A stretch of DNA of 64,000 nucleotides. It comes from the human T2T-CHM13v2.0 reference genome, Homo sapiens. Numbering within the stretch: the first letter of the stretch is position 1; each line of letters begins with the position of its first letter. This document shows, piece after piece, positions 24,660 to 37,559 of the stretch. Where the stretch lies: the NCBI RefSeq assembly GCF_009914755.1, contig NC_060925.1. One strand, 5' to 3'. The notes beneath the pieces are model-generated. The model was not told the origin of the DNA, made no database searches, and saw nothing but the letters and a program-made list of their open reading frames with translations. The position numbers and the translations under genes are program-made.

Positions 24660-26000
24660 GTGGCACCTTAGCCAGCCCTGCTATGTAGCCACTTCGGGCA
24701 CCTGTAGGCTTGGTGCCAAAAAGACCCTGCCTTCACAGAGCAACACTGGTGGGGGAGTCAGAGAAAGATAATAAACCACAAGAAGCAAACAAAAATGGAA
24801 TATGTCAGATGGCAGAGAGCATTAAAAAGGAAACAATATTCAGGATAAGAGGATTGAAAGGCACAGAGGTGTCAGGAAAGGTCTCTTGGATGAAGGGACC
24901 CTTGAGCAGAGGCCTGAATGAAATGAGTGCATGGACTCTGCTGTCATCTGGAGGAAGGACATTCCAGGCAGAGGAAGAGCACGTGCAAAGGCCCTGAGGT
25001 GGGAACAGGCTTGGCAAGTTCTGGGAATAGCAAGGAGGCAGCAGAGGGGAAGGGTGGGAGGAGAGGAGTTGGAGAGAAACAGAGGCCAGGGTGTGCAGGG
25101 CCTGAATGAAGCCCATTGTGAGGAGTTCTTCTTGTTTTTTCCTTTTCTTTCCAAACACGGTCTCACTCCCATTGCCCAGGCTGGAGTGCAGTGGCAGGAT
25201 GTCAGCTCGCTGCAGCCTCGACTTCCAAGGCTCAGGGCATCCTCCTGCCTCAGCCTCCGAGTAACTGGGACTACCGGCATGAGCCACCATGCCTGGCTAA
25301 TTTTTTTTTTTTTTTTTTTTTTAGTAGAGATGGGGTTTCACTGTGTTGCCCAGGCTGGTCTCGAACTTTTGGGCTCAAGTGATCCGCCTGCCTCAGCATC
25401 CCAAAGTGCTTGGATTACAGGCATGAGCAACTGTGCCCAGCCTGGCTTTTTTTCTTTTTTTTTCCCATGGTAGTGGGAGCCATTGGAGGGTTTTTAGCAG
25501 AGGGGTGACCTCATCAGACTCCTGATCAGGTGATCCAGGTGGACCACCTGGCTACTGTTGAGACTAGACTGTAGGGAACATGTGTGGAAGCAGGGAGATC
25601 CTAGGAGGCTCCCCCAGTAACACGAGCTGGAGGTGATGGGGGCTGGCCAGGGAGGAAGCACTGGAGGTGGGGAGAAATGGGAGTTGTACCTTGAAGGTGG
25701 AAGCAGCAGGACTTCCTGACTGCGGGGACCGGGGCAGAGGCTGGTGGGTGGCAAGGCTGTAGGGAGGTTTCAGTTTGAGCACGGGGAAGGATGAAGTGCC
25801 CACTACCTGAGGAGGGAAGACTGTGGGAGGCAGGCTCGGGGGAGAACAGTCAAGAATTTTCTTTTGGGCATGAGGTGTTTGAGGTGCAAGTGGAGACACA
25901 GGGCACGGTTGGAGATGAGCCTGGAGGTCAAAGGAGGGGAGGTGGGCTACAGACACAGCGGAGGGAGGGGTCAATGATCGAAACCACTTAAACACAGGCT
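24660..26000 (-). mobile_element. L2 fragment interrupted by an Alu
   Basis: ATTCCAGGCAGAGGAAGAGCACGTGCAAAGGCCCTGAGGTGGGAAC and GGGAGCCATTGGAGGGTTTTTAGCAG are L2 hallmarks. Confidence 0.7.
25150..25446 (-). mobile_element. AluJ
   Basis: Antisense Alu with an expanded middle T-tract. Confidence 0.9.
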
Positions 26001-27969
26001 CCATTTCAAGTCCCAGCTCTGTGGAGTTGCCCGACTAACCCCCTCACCAGCACGGTCGCATCCGCTAGTTGGTGATCCTACGGGGTTGGCGGGGATGGTC
26101 ACACCCACTTTACAGCTGAGAAACAGAGCCTCACAGAGGTTAAGCGGCTTCTTCAGGTCCACGCAGTGAGCCCAGGGCTGAGTCTGAAAGAGATGCCGGA
26201 CATTAGCAAGGACTAGGGGAGCCGCTGTGTCAGGATAAGTGGCAAGTGACAGACGAAGAGACTGTCAAGCTGGCTCTTACAAAACAAAGCAAAATAAACA
26301 GGCAATAGGAATATTATACTGGTTCATAGAACTGAAAATTCCAGGAATAGGGCCTGCTTCAGGCACAGATGGATCCGGGAGCTCAAATGATACCATCAGA
26401 AACTCCCTCTGCCCCTCATTCCAGTCTGATTTTCTCTGCTTTAGCTGCTTCTCGGGTAGGCTTTTCTGACCCTTTGTCATAAAGGGTCACCATCAACTTG
26501 GCTTTCATCCCGTCAGCTTCCACCCTCTGTGAAAGAGAACACCTCTTGGCTGACAATGCAGTCATGGCCCCAGGATTGACTGTCACTGGGTAGCCTGGGT
26601 CATGAGCCCTCCCCTGGAACTTGAGGCGGGGTCAGCTCTCTCCCACACCACAAGGAGGGAACACGGGGAGGGGCGGCTCCTCACAAGAAAATCCAGATGT
26701 TGTTTTTGAAGGAGGGAAGAGAGGGAGCTGGGGGTGTCCAAACCACAGACAGCCATTGCGGAGGGTGGCAGCTACCCAGCTCTGCAGAATAGGGTGGGTA
26801 TATAGACAAGCGGCTGCCTGAAGACAACTGTGGTGTCAGGGAGCACGGACTTCAGGTTCCTCCTCCTCTATGTCCTCTCTCTCTTCTGCCAGTCCATGGA
26901 AGTCACCCTGCTGGGTGAGGTAACAATGTCCTGCCCCAGGCATTCAGGGATCTGACTTCCCTTTTCCAGCTTGGGCTCTGGATCCCACCCTCCCCTCCAG
27001 CCACTCAGCCTCCTCACTCCTTCTGAATATGCCCTGCCCAGTCCAACCCCTGGGCCCTTGCTCATGCCATCTCCTCTCCCTGGAATGCCCTCTTTAGCAT
27101 CTCCATGTATTGCAATCCTGCCAGCCTGCAAAGGGGGCAGCCCTGCACTGGAATTGGCTGCTTGCGGGCCTGTGTCTCCTCTCACCGTGAGCTCCTAGAG
27201 GGCAGGGGAAACACATGTTCTGTGTCCTCATCTCTTAGTTTGGGCAGGTGAGCAGGAAATATTGGCTGAATGAATGAATGATGAATGAATACATTATAAT
27301 TGAATGATGAAAGAGAGAGGTGAGAGACGGAGGGAGGGGAGAGAAGGGCAGGGAGGACAATCCAGTTCGAATGTTACCTTCCTTGGGAGCATCCCCTGAA
27401 TCCCATTTTCAAAGTCCGCTGTGATTTATTTCTCAGCACCAGTCATTTCTGGATGTGCCACCTCATCTCCCTGTCCTGTGATTCCAGGAAACATGTCTTA
27501 GTCGTCTCTTTTGCTCCTGCCTCCTCCTCCCCTCCTGTGCCCTCCCTGGCATGCTGTGCCTACAAGGGCTTAACGGCTGCTGACTTAAGAAGACTAAAGG
27601 CCTTGTAAACATACCAGTGTCCTCCGCTCTCAGGATGATCAGCATTTTCCTACTGAAATAGTGCAAGGCTCAGCTCCATTATTCTCGAGCAGGAGAACCT
27701 CAGGCATAAAAAGGAAGTGAGAAGGGTGGAAGAGGACAGGCTTGTGAGTTCTCCAGAGAAGAAGGGGACAGTGGTTGAGTGCCTGCTGTGTGTGGATGCT
27801 CCGTACACACTCGGAATTTATTTTCGCTAAAGCCCTGTGAGATGAGTATTGGTCTTCTAATTGCACAGGTGAAGAAACTGAGGCTCAAAGAGGTGGAATG
27901 ACAAGATCAAGGTCACACAGCTGTTCAGAGACATGGCTGGAATTGTACCCCAGGCCCTAGGCAATGAAT

Positions 27970-28180
27970 GGTATGCTAGTGGTAAACTGGCTCTCAAAAA
28001 CAAAACAAAACAAAACAAAAGCCCCAATTTGTAGTGTTTGCCAATTCCTGTGGTGTAAATACTCCCCACCAAGGCCATTTTCAAGCTACCAACACGGGCC
28101 TGTAAAATTCCCAAATATTTCACAATTGCCTCGTACAAGCTGGTAGCAGCCCAGGCCAGCCATGTCCAGCACGCCACTGA
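27970..28180. mobile_element. MER63-like hAT DNA transposon fragment
   Basis: GTAGTGTTTGCCAATTCC...GGTGTAAATACTCCCCACCAAGGCCATTTTCAAGCTACCAAC. Confidence 0.6.
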
Positions 28181-29259
28181 TAGTCTGTCTGACCCCATAG
28201 CGAGGCTTCTTCCCACCGTCCTGGAAGAGGTGGGGGGTGGAAGGACTGGATGATGTTGCTGCGATGTTGCTGCTGCTGGACAGAGGGAGGTGCCGGGGAT
28301 GGAGGTGGGGTGGGGACCTCCACCAGCCTCAAGCGTTCCTGTGCTGCTCTGTATCTTGCTGGCTCCCCGTCCCTCTGCCTCTGCAGCAACTTCTCGGCTA
28401 CTTCCGAAGCTTCCCTGCACCAGGTCTCCATCTTAGATGCCCTCTCTGCTAGGTCTCTCCTTCTTCTGGTTCTTCATCCTCGTGCTGTGTTTTCCCTCCC
28501 ATTTCTATCTGCAGGTTTCTCTATCGTTTCTTTTCGTGAACTCTTCCTCCCTCTCAGGAAACATTTCAAAGTCTGTTTAAAAAACAACACAGAGACTGAA
28601 TTTACAGGTTTTTTTCCTCTCTTCTTGAGAACAGGACGTGAGAAGGCCAGGTTGAATTTCCTGTGTGAAATGGTGTGTGGGCTTTCTGAGCAAAACAAGG
28701 GTCAGGCTGTGGTCCTAAAGGAGCCGATGCCAAGGTCACCTGGAATCCAGTCTCCGGCAGTGCAGCCCTCCGGGATGCCCAGGCCACTCCTGCCCTCCCT
28801 GGGGATGAGTTTTCCAGACGTGTGCTGGGGAGAGAGCTGGGACGGGCACAGAATGTTCTACCACACACCACAGTCGCGCCCCATTTATCCAGGTCCTCAC
28901 CGCAGGGCCAGAGGTCCCCCACCCCCCTCCCAGCCCCTAAGTCCAGGCCCTGCTCCACCTCCTCCTGCTGTGGGTATTAGCTGGGGCAAGTCACTGTGCC
29001 TCTGTGAGCCTCAGTTTCCTCATCTGTGAAATGGGGATGATGAAGCCGACTTGGGGGTCTTGCCAGGGGGACTACATGTAGATAACACACCTAGCAGAAC
29101 GCCTGGTAAGTAGGCAGTATTGAGATAACCTTAGACCAGCAGGGAGCGGGTGGAGAGGCAGAAGAAAGGGAAGCGTTCCCTATAAATGCTAACTGAGGTC
29201 TTCTCCCATTATATGGCAAAACCGTGATGAATTGAATTTCTCTTGATGGAAACTTCCAA

Positions 29260-29450
29260 TCATTAGCTGTGGGGTCTTAGATGAGTTAACCTATTTGTGC
29301 CTTAGTTTCCTAATCTATAAGACAGAGTTTATAATAGGACCTACCACATAGGAGTATTGCACGAATTAAATGAGTTAATAGATGAAACGTGCTTAGGACA
29401 ATGCCTAGCACATAGTAAGTGCTTAATCAATGTCAGCTATTATTATTATC
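29260..29450 (+). mobile_element. MIR SINE
   Basis: CCTTAGTTTCCTAATCTATAA...ATTAAATGAGTTAATA...CCTAGCACATAGTAAGTGCTTAAT. Confidence 0.8.
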
Positions 29451-32400
29451 AGTTATTCAAACGATTCTAATAGCCATTCAGCAGGAGAACATGTAATAAT
29501 TCTCAGTTAAATTCAAGGAGGCCTCTGATGGGGACACTTGCCATACATTTTGCTCCAAGACATCATGATTAAGGCGTTTTAACCTCCTATGCTGCCCTGG
29601 TGTTCTCACCGGTGACATGGGCTAGAACAGTCCCCGCTTGATAGTGAGCATCTGGGCGTGGGCATCCCTAGGCAGTGCTTAGAAACCATGGCAGGGATTA
29701 TGTACTTTCTTGTCCCAGGCTCGAATTCCACAGGTGGGGGATGCACAGGGCTTTGTCCCTCTGTGGGCATCAGGGCCTGGAGGTCAAGTCCCTGGGGCTC
29801 TGGGACCTGCTGCAGCCCCATCTCCGGGTGGCACCTAACCCAGATGGGACACTGCGGCTTCCCACCCCTTGGTCAAGGTGATTGGTTGATTGGTTTGTGA
29901 AGGGACATATGACCCAAGCTGGACCGAGGGGAGCCTGGCCTTCCTTGAGCGTGGGTCGCATGCTGGGTGCTGTTGCAGATGAGCTTGTGCATGACTGTGG
30001 ACCCTTCGCAGCATTGCTCTCCCCATGATATAGATGAGGAAACAGGAGTCAAGAAGCCTGATTCCAGCTCCTGGTTCTGCCACTGACTCACCGTGAACTT
30101 GAGGAAGCCCTTCCATTTACTCAACAGACCGTTGTTAAGCGTGGATGCTGGGGAGTCATCATGGCCCCAACATGGAAGCCTCACTGCGTCTCTCTGATCA
30201 CATCTGAGATAAATGCTTACTCCCATCTCACAGGCAGGAAAACGGAGGCACCAAAAGTTCACAGGGCCAGTAAGTGCTGCAATTGGAACCCAGCCGTCTG
30301 CTTCACTGTCTATGCTCTTGAACTGCTGACCATCCCACCCCTCCTAGCAGGGATGGGGTGTCCTCACTGAGCAAGGGTGGTAAGGGTGCTGGCCTTGGCC
30401 CCACTCCCCAGCTTCCTGGTTGGCTCTGGTCTTAAGGAAGCACAATGGGAATCCCAGCTCTGAGCTCACTCACATGAGACCCTGGGCAGGTCAATGGTCC
30501 TCTCTGAGCCTCAGTTTTCCCAGTTATGGAGAGATGGGTTCTGGTGCTCCAAGCTTTTTGCACCTTCTGGGAGTGCGTGGGCTCTTAGCAACCCTCCGCC
30601 CCCCACCCCTGACCCCAAGGTGTCCATTCCTCCCCCCTCCAAACTGTGACCCCTCCTCTGGCGACTCGCACTTAGAACCAGCAGGCTGCCTATCTCCTGG
30701 CCTCGCTCCTCTAATGGGGTAAGCAGGCAGTCTGGGTGGGCAGGATCTAGAGGTCCTGGGTTGGTATAGATCCACTGCCCACCAGCCACACAAGGCTGTC
30801 TGGCAAGGGGCAGAGCTGTTTCTATTGATCTGCACTGTCAGCACAGGGAAAGCAGTTGTTTTCTTCCCAATCTGAAATCAATGAGACCCAGCCCAGCAGA
30901 TGGGGGCAGAGGGTTTGGAGCCAGGAAATAGTTCCCCTTGAGTTTTAGAAACACAGGCCAGGGCAGATCAGACTGGGCTTCCTTTGAGAGTCAGCTGGCA
31001 AGGTGGGGCTGCAGAGCATGCTGGGAAGAGGCCCGGGCCAGGGGCCCCTTCCCGGCTCAGGGCGCACCGAGATGCTCCGTGCTTCAGCTCATGGCTGTCC
31101 CCCTCCAGCCCTGGACTCTGAACCTGATGCATGGCCTGGTGGTACAGGCCTGACATCCCTGGGCTGGGTCATCAATCTGGTTCTAGCCCCTCCTCGGACA
31201 TTGATCTGCTGGGTAGACTAGGGAAAGTCTCTGTCCCCAGGTGTCAAAGGATGAGGTCAGACCAATGGTCAGTAAGGACAGTCCAGCTCTGCCCTGAAGG
31301 GTGATGGTGACAATATTTCCTCCTGTCTGGGCATGTTGCGCCCCCATCCCCCAAGTGATGGCTCATGGGGTAGGCATGGCTCTTGGGGGGCCCATTTCAC
31401 ACCCTAGCCCCTGACATCCCAGTGTCAATTACTGCCCCTTCCCACACACATCTACCCTCTCCTGGCAAAGCTCTTTTCCAAAGACCTCATGATATGCCCA
31501 CCCCATCCCACACACATCCCCAGGGCCTGCCTGTCTCCCAAGGAGGCTGCAGCTCCCCACGGGGCCAGGAAAGGGGCCCTGCATCTTTGGCCTTCTCTGT
31601 GGGGGCAGGGCTGTCCACCAGGAGGAGACCTCATTTGCTGGGCCCACAGACAGGGGCCGTACAATGGCCCCTGGAGCTGGGCTCCAGTATTTGCTTCAGG
31701 AAGGAACACTGGGCTGGAGTTCTGCGCTGGGTCCTAAGCTCTGGGCATACCCTGATCTTTGGCCCTCAGTGTCTCCATCTGCAAAGGGGCACCCTGAGCT
31801 GGGAAGGGTAGAAAGGCCCTTCCAGGCTGATATTCTCACATTCCCTCCTCTCTGTCTCTCTGCTCCCCCCATCTTCCCCCCTCCATGCTGCTCCTCCCTT
31901 CTTGGCCCTCCTCCTGTGTCTCACCTGCTGCCTGGCCTCCTGGCCCAGGCTGGCCCTTCTCTCCCCTGTTCCACTCTCTCCTTTAAGATGAGCCATCAAA
32001 AGCGCATGTCTGATCAGCTCCTGCCCTGCTCAGCGAACTTCCTGGTTCCCCGGTGCCCAAGACACAGAGATCCAGTCCTTCAGGTAACATTCGAGGCCCC
32101 CCAGCCTCCTCCTAGTGGTCCTTCCTGGGCCTCCAGCTTCCAGCCCCAGCACACTGTTCCTGTTGTCAAGTGGGCCCAGGGCTTCCCCACCTGCAGGCCC
32201 AGTACCTGTCCTTCCCTCTGCCTACAGTGCTTTCCCATCCTTTTCCCTTGGTCAAAATAATGCTTCAAGACCCACACACGTGTCATGTCAGCCATGGGAC
32301 CAGGTGTGCCCCCTTTAGAGCTCCCACAGCACTGGCTACAGCCACTCCCGCTGCAGGCCTGGCTCAGATTCCAGGTGACCCCCACAAGGGAGGGTTTGCT

Positions 32401-32569
32401 CCATGGAGGCTGGCGTCCTCTCCCAAACTCTGAGAGACTGTGGGGTCCCTGAGGGCAGGGGCAGAGTTGTCCCCATCTTTCCCCAGGGGCTCTTTAATAA
32501 AGAAAGGTAGCAGCACAACAATAGTATGGGTGTTGGAACCTGCTGGGGTGCCCTTTGTAGGGAGAGCGG

Positions 32570-33310
32570 GGGTAGTTTGTTTGGGACTGGGTTGGGTTAA
32601 AAGGAGTGAGCTGGATTAGGAGGATTTATCTTAAATGTGGTGGATTTAAGTTGAGTTAGGCCCAACCACCCAGGATGGTTAGGCAGAGTTATCTGGGTTC
32701 AACTGGATTAAACTGAGCTAGTTAGATTGGGCTTGTTAGTAGAGTGGGGCTGGATTAGTTGGGTTGTCCTGGTTAGGTGAAATGACCTGTGTGGTTGAAT
32801 TGGGTTGGGTTATTTGGACTGAGAGAGCCAGGTTGGTTTGAGCTGGGTAAATTGAGTTGGTTTGGCCTAGTTGAACTGGGTTTTGGGGTTGGCTTTGTTT
32901 GGGTTAGTTCAGTTGGGTTGGTTTGGGCTGGTTTAACTGGAGTTGTCTGGTTAGTTGCATTCAGCAAGTTAGTTGTGTTAGGCTGCTGAGTTGAGTTGGA
33001 TTGGCCAATTGGGCTGGTTCAGTTGAGTTGGGCTAATCAGTTGATTAGGCTGGATAGGTAGTGGGGCAGGGCTCCTTGGGTTGGGGTGGGTGGTTAGGTT
33101 TGGTTAGATGGGTTGAGCCCATTCCTTGGGTTGGGTTTGTTGCTTGGGTGACTGATTTGGGTTGGCTTGGGCAGGGTTAGTTGGGTAGAGCTAGTGGGAT
33201 GAGATAGGTCACTTGGGTTTCTAGAACTGGACTGGCTTAGACAGATTGGGTTGGTTGGCTTGTCTGTTGGGGTAGGCCGGCTTGGTGGGCTGGGTTATGG
33301 CCTGGCTGGG
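32570..33310. repeat. Degenerate pentamer-periodic G/T-rich tract (TGGGT/TGAGT/TGGGC/TGAGC)
   Basis: For example CTGGATTAAACTGAGCTAGTTAGATTGGGCT and TTGAATTGGGTTGGGTT. The plus strand is strongly C-poor. Confidence 0.85.
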
Positions 33311-33921
33311 TTCCGGGTTGGCGGAGGGATGGCCGCAGCCCTCTGAACTCTGCTCAGTCTCCAGCTCTAAGTCAGAGCGGGAGGTAGGGGGTGGGCGCGG
33401 TGGCCACAAATAGCTGTGGGGAACACAAACAGTTTGGTCTTCAAAGACCTCAGTGGTGGCGGCTGTAACTTTCCACACGGCCCCAGCAAGCACGTCTCTA
33501 GGCCTTGTGTTCGGGCCCAGCTGCTGCTTCCTCTGTGAGCAAACCACAGTGTGGGGGGCGGGAGAGGAGGGAGCTTGGGGGCTCCGAGTCTCCCCACAGG
33601 AGCCAGGCAGGCCTTGCCAGGCATCCCCCAGCTTAGGTGCCAGCTGCTCTCTGCCGAGGGGAGAGATACTAGAGATACTGACCCTGCATTAGGGGGAATA
33701 TCCCCTCCCCTACGGCAGCCCTGGCATGGCCGATGTGCCAGGCCCAGCAGGGGCTTGAGAGGAGGAAGGGCTGTGGGGAGGCAGGAGCAGAGGTGGGGGT
33801 GATGGTTCAACTACAGGCCTGGGAGAGTCAAGAGTGTCTGAGAGCTTGGTTTCTGCACAGCTGTGGCGGGATCTGGGTGGACATTCATTCATTCATTCAT
33901 TTATTCAAAAAACTATTTCTT

Positions 33922-34232
<311 letters not shown>

Positions 34233-34883
34233 TCAAAAAACTATTTCTTGAGCATTCATTAAGTGCAAAGACCTGCAGACAAGGGTCAAAGGAAGGAGAG
34301 ATGGGGATGGCCACAGAGACAGGCTGAGGCTTCCTGGAGGGCGGTGTCGCCACGCCATCCCCTGTATTCTTATTCCCTCTGCTCAGCCCCTTTCTGTTGC
34401 TCCTTTGAAGGGACCCACTGTGGGCAGCTCAGAACCTGCCTGTGCTCAGACAAGGTGTGCCCTGTGGGCAGACGTGATGGTGGCACTTGCAGCCCAGCAC
34501 CCTCCCTTCCCCCTGCCCAGCCCTCTAACTTCCCTGCCTCTGGTCTGTGCCACACCCTACCTCCCCACCCATACCAGCTGGGCTGACCCTGCCCTAGTCC
34601 CTGGGAAGGCAGAACAGTGAAACACAAGGGGCCTCAGAGTTTGTCAAATCTAAGCTCACGCTGTAGAGATGAAGAAATTGGGGCCTAGAGTCGGAGCATG
34701 GCTTGCCTAGGATACATGGTGCATCGGAGGCAGAGCGAGGGTTGCTGTCTGGATGCCCTGACTGCCCACGCCGGGAGCAGCCACCTGGCTCCGTGGGAAG
34801 TCCAGCAGTCCCAGCCTTGATATTTACATCTGTGTGGCCTTGGGCAAGTGTCTTCATCTCTCAGCCTCAGCTTCCTTCAGGGC

Positions 34884-35097
34884 AATGGTTCTCAACCCTA
34901 GGTGATTTTGTCTCTTAGGGGAACATTTGTCAATGTCTGGAGACATTTTCGGTTGTCACAACTCGGGGCGTGCAATGGCACCTGGTGGGTAGTAGCCAGG
35001 AATGCTGCTAACATCCAACAGTGCCCAGGGCAACCTCCTACAACAAAAAATTGTCTGGTCCTAAACGTCAGTAGTGGTGAAGCTCAGAAACTGTTCT
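34884..35097 (+). mobile_element. MER20 hAT-Charlie transposon
   Basis: CAATGGTTCTCAACC...AATGTCTGGAGACATTTTCGGTTGTCACAAC...GGAATGCTGCTAACATCC. Confidence 0.85.
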
Positions 35098-35099
35098 AC

Positions 35100-35208
35100 G
35101 CTGACCAGTTGTCCCAGTTAGCCTGGGACTGAAGGGTTTCCTGGGACATGGGACCTTCAGTACTAAAACTGGGACAGTCCAGGGCAACAAGGATCGTTGG
35201 TCACGCTA
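35100..35208. mobile_element. MER94-like DNA transposon
   Basis: TGACCAGTTGTCCCAGTTAGCCTGGGACTG...AAAACTGGGACAGTCC...GTTGGTCAC with inverted ends. Confidence 0.7.
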
Positions 35209-36055
35209 GCTTCTTCCTCTGTAAAATGAGACCATCGTTACCTTCCCCACAGCACTGTCACAGGCTGCGTGAGAGTCTGTGTGCTGACGGCTCAGCACCA
35301 TGCCAGGCCCAGGTCAGCCCTGAGCAAGCCCAGTGGCGATTATTCCCGTGACACGGATGCTCACTAGGCTTCCTCCTCCTACAGGCCTTTCTCCTGGTGG
35401 CCACTCCTTTCCCCTCTTCTAAGCCTGGCCAACCTTCCTAAGGCTCACAGACCAAGCACCTCCAGGGAACTGTCTCCGACCAGCCCTTCCACAGAGACCT
35501 CTCCCTCCTCTGACTTCCCACCACAACACTGTCTGTCCCGCTCAGCCAATCTCTGGCCCATCATGGGTTCCTACTTAGCTACCAGGTGTTTTGAGGGTTA
35601 AGAGTCTTCTTCCCAGGTTGTTTAATTTATTCTCCAGGAATTCTGTGATTCCCTGTTCATGCCCCAACTAGACTGAAAGCTCCCTGAGGGCAGGGGCTGT
35701 GGCGGGTGCATGTCTGTGCCCCAATGCCCAGCCCAGGGCCTGGTGTGGAGAATAGAAGAGCAAATGTCCACTGAAGAAAGTGAACCTGTGAGCCCTTGCC
35801 AGGGGCCAGGCTGCACCCTCTGAGAGTCCTGGACACACTGTCTTCCCTGCCTGTCACCCCCACTGCATGATACCTGGCTCGGTGTTGGTGCAGAGACCCG
35901 AAGGAGGCCTGGTCTTGCATCCTTGAGAAACATCAGGATCAAAATCAATAATGTGGCAAGAGGTTTGCTGTACACTGAGGGCCAAAGCTGATTACAACAC
36001 AGTATGCAGGCGTGAGCATATGGGAAATTATATTCATATGAAGGACATGTTGGTA

Positions 36056-36373
<318 letters not shown>

Positions 36374-37559
36374 TGACTAGAAATGCACTTTGGCTCTCGA
36401 GGGCAGAGGGGACAGCCTGTCATTGTCCTCTACCACTTCCTTGCTGTGTAATGTTGAGCAAGTTTCTTAATTTCTCTGGGCCTCAGTTTCCATGTAAATG
36501 GCAGTATAACCATACCTCCTTCCCAGGGCTTTCGGGGAGGATCTGGTGAAAAGATGCTGCAGGGAGACTACGTGGTCAGTGGTCAGCGGGTGTCAGCCAC
36601 TCCAGTCATGAACACTCCAGGAGACGCTCAGTCCGCGTGAATTCCTCTCCCTTTCCTTTTTCATCCTGCCTCTTGTTCCTCCCTCCAGGTCCCTCATCCC
36701 AGGCCCTCCCCAGTGATAGAGAGCCTCCAGAGACCCAGCTTGGAGCACTTGTGGTCCCTGGAACAGGCCAGGGCCTGTGGGCTTGTCCTTGGGCACCTGG
36801 AAGACATCACACCATGGCCTCACTACCATCTGCCTGGGCTCCCCCAAGCCGCCCCTCCTGTGCCCTCTGCTCTGGCTACTGCCAGCCATGCCCCCAGGAG
36901 ACAAGCTTGGGCTGGGCAGGGCTGGATGTATTTACTCTTTGCCGAGGCTGGTTTCTCTGTTGCTGACGTGAAGGCCTGCTGGGTGCCCATGTTTCCTGCC
37001 TGGGTTTTCCCTGGCCGGTGCTGGGTTGCCATGTCTTCCAGCCACCCAACCCGGGGCCCCTCCACCTTGGCCACAAGCTCTCCCGCTACGTACCCTCCCT
37101 GGCCACCGGAAATCAGACTCAGAAGCCTCCAGGGGCCCTCGGGTTCTCCCTCAGCAGGAAGTTGGCACCCAAGGGCAACTGGCCTGGGCCAGGTCGTTCT
37201 TTGGTCCAACTAGGAAGGCCGCAGACTACACACTGGTCAGCTGTTCCGGAACACAGGGAGCCACTGCCTTGCAGCCCCGGGTCTACAAAGAGGTGCTTTC
37301 TGCCTCAGGCGCTTCTGACCATTGTTAGAGACCAGCATCCTGGATTGGGCTGGGGAGTTGGGGCTGGGGGCGGTGACCCATCTTAAAGACCCGTTTTAAA
37401 CTCCTGCCTGTTGGCTTGATGACTCAGGAAGAAACAGCCACACCCCACAACCTTGGGCTCTGGGGCCACTCTGTGGTGAACTGTCTTCCCAAAGATGTTT
37501 TTTCCAAATTTTAATCATTCCAGTAACAACTTAATGGCTTTTCTTACCCTAAATTCATA

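Noticed and set aside
28250-29029. 259-aa ORF and other 150-230-aa ORFs in GC-rich sequence
   Set aside because: No recognisable domain or exon structure; such ORFs are expected by chance at this GC content.
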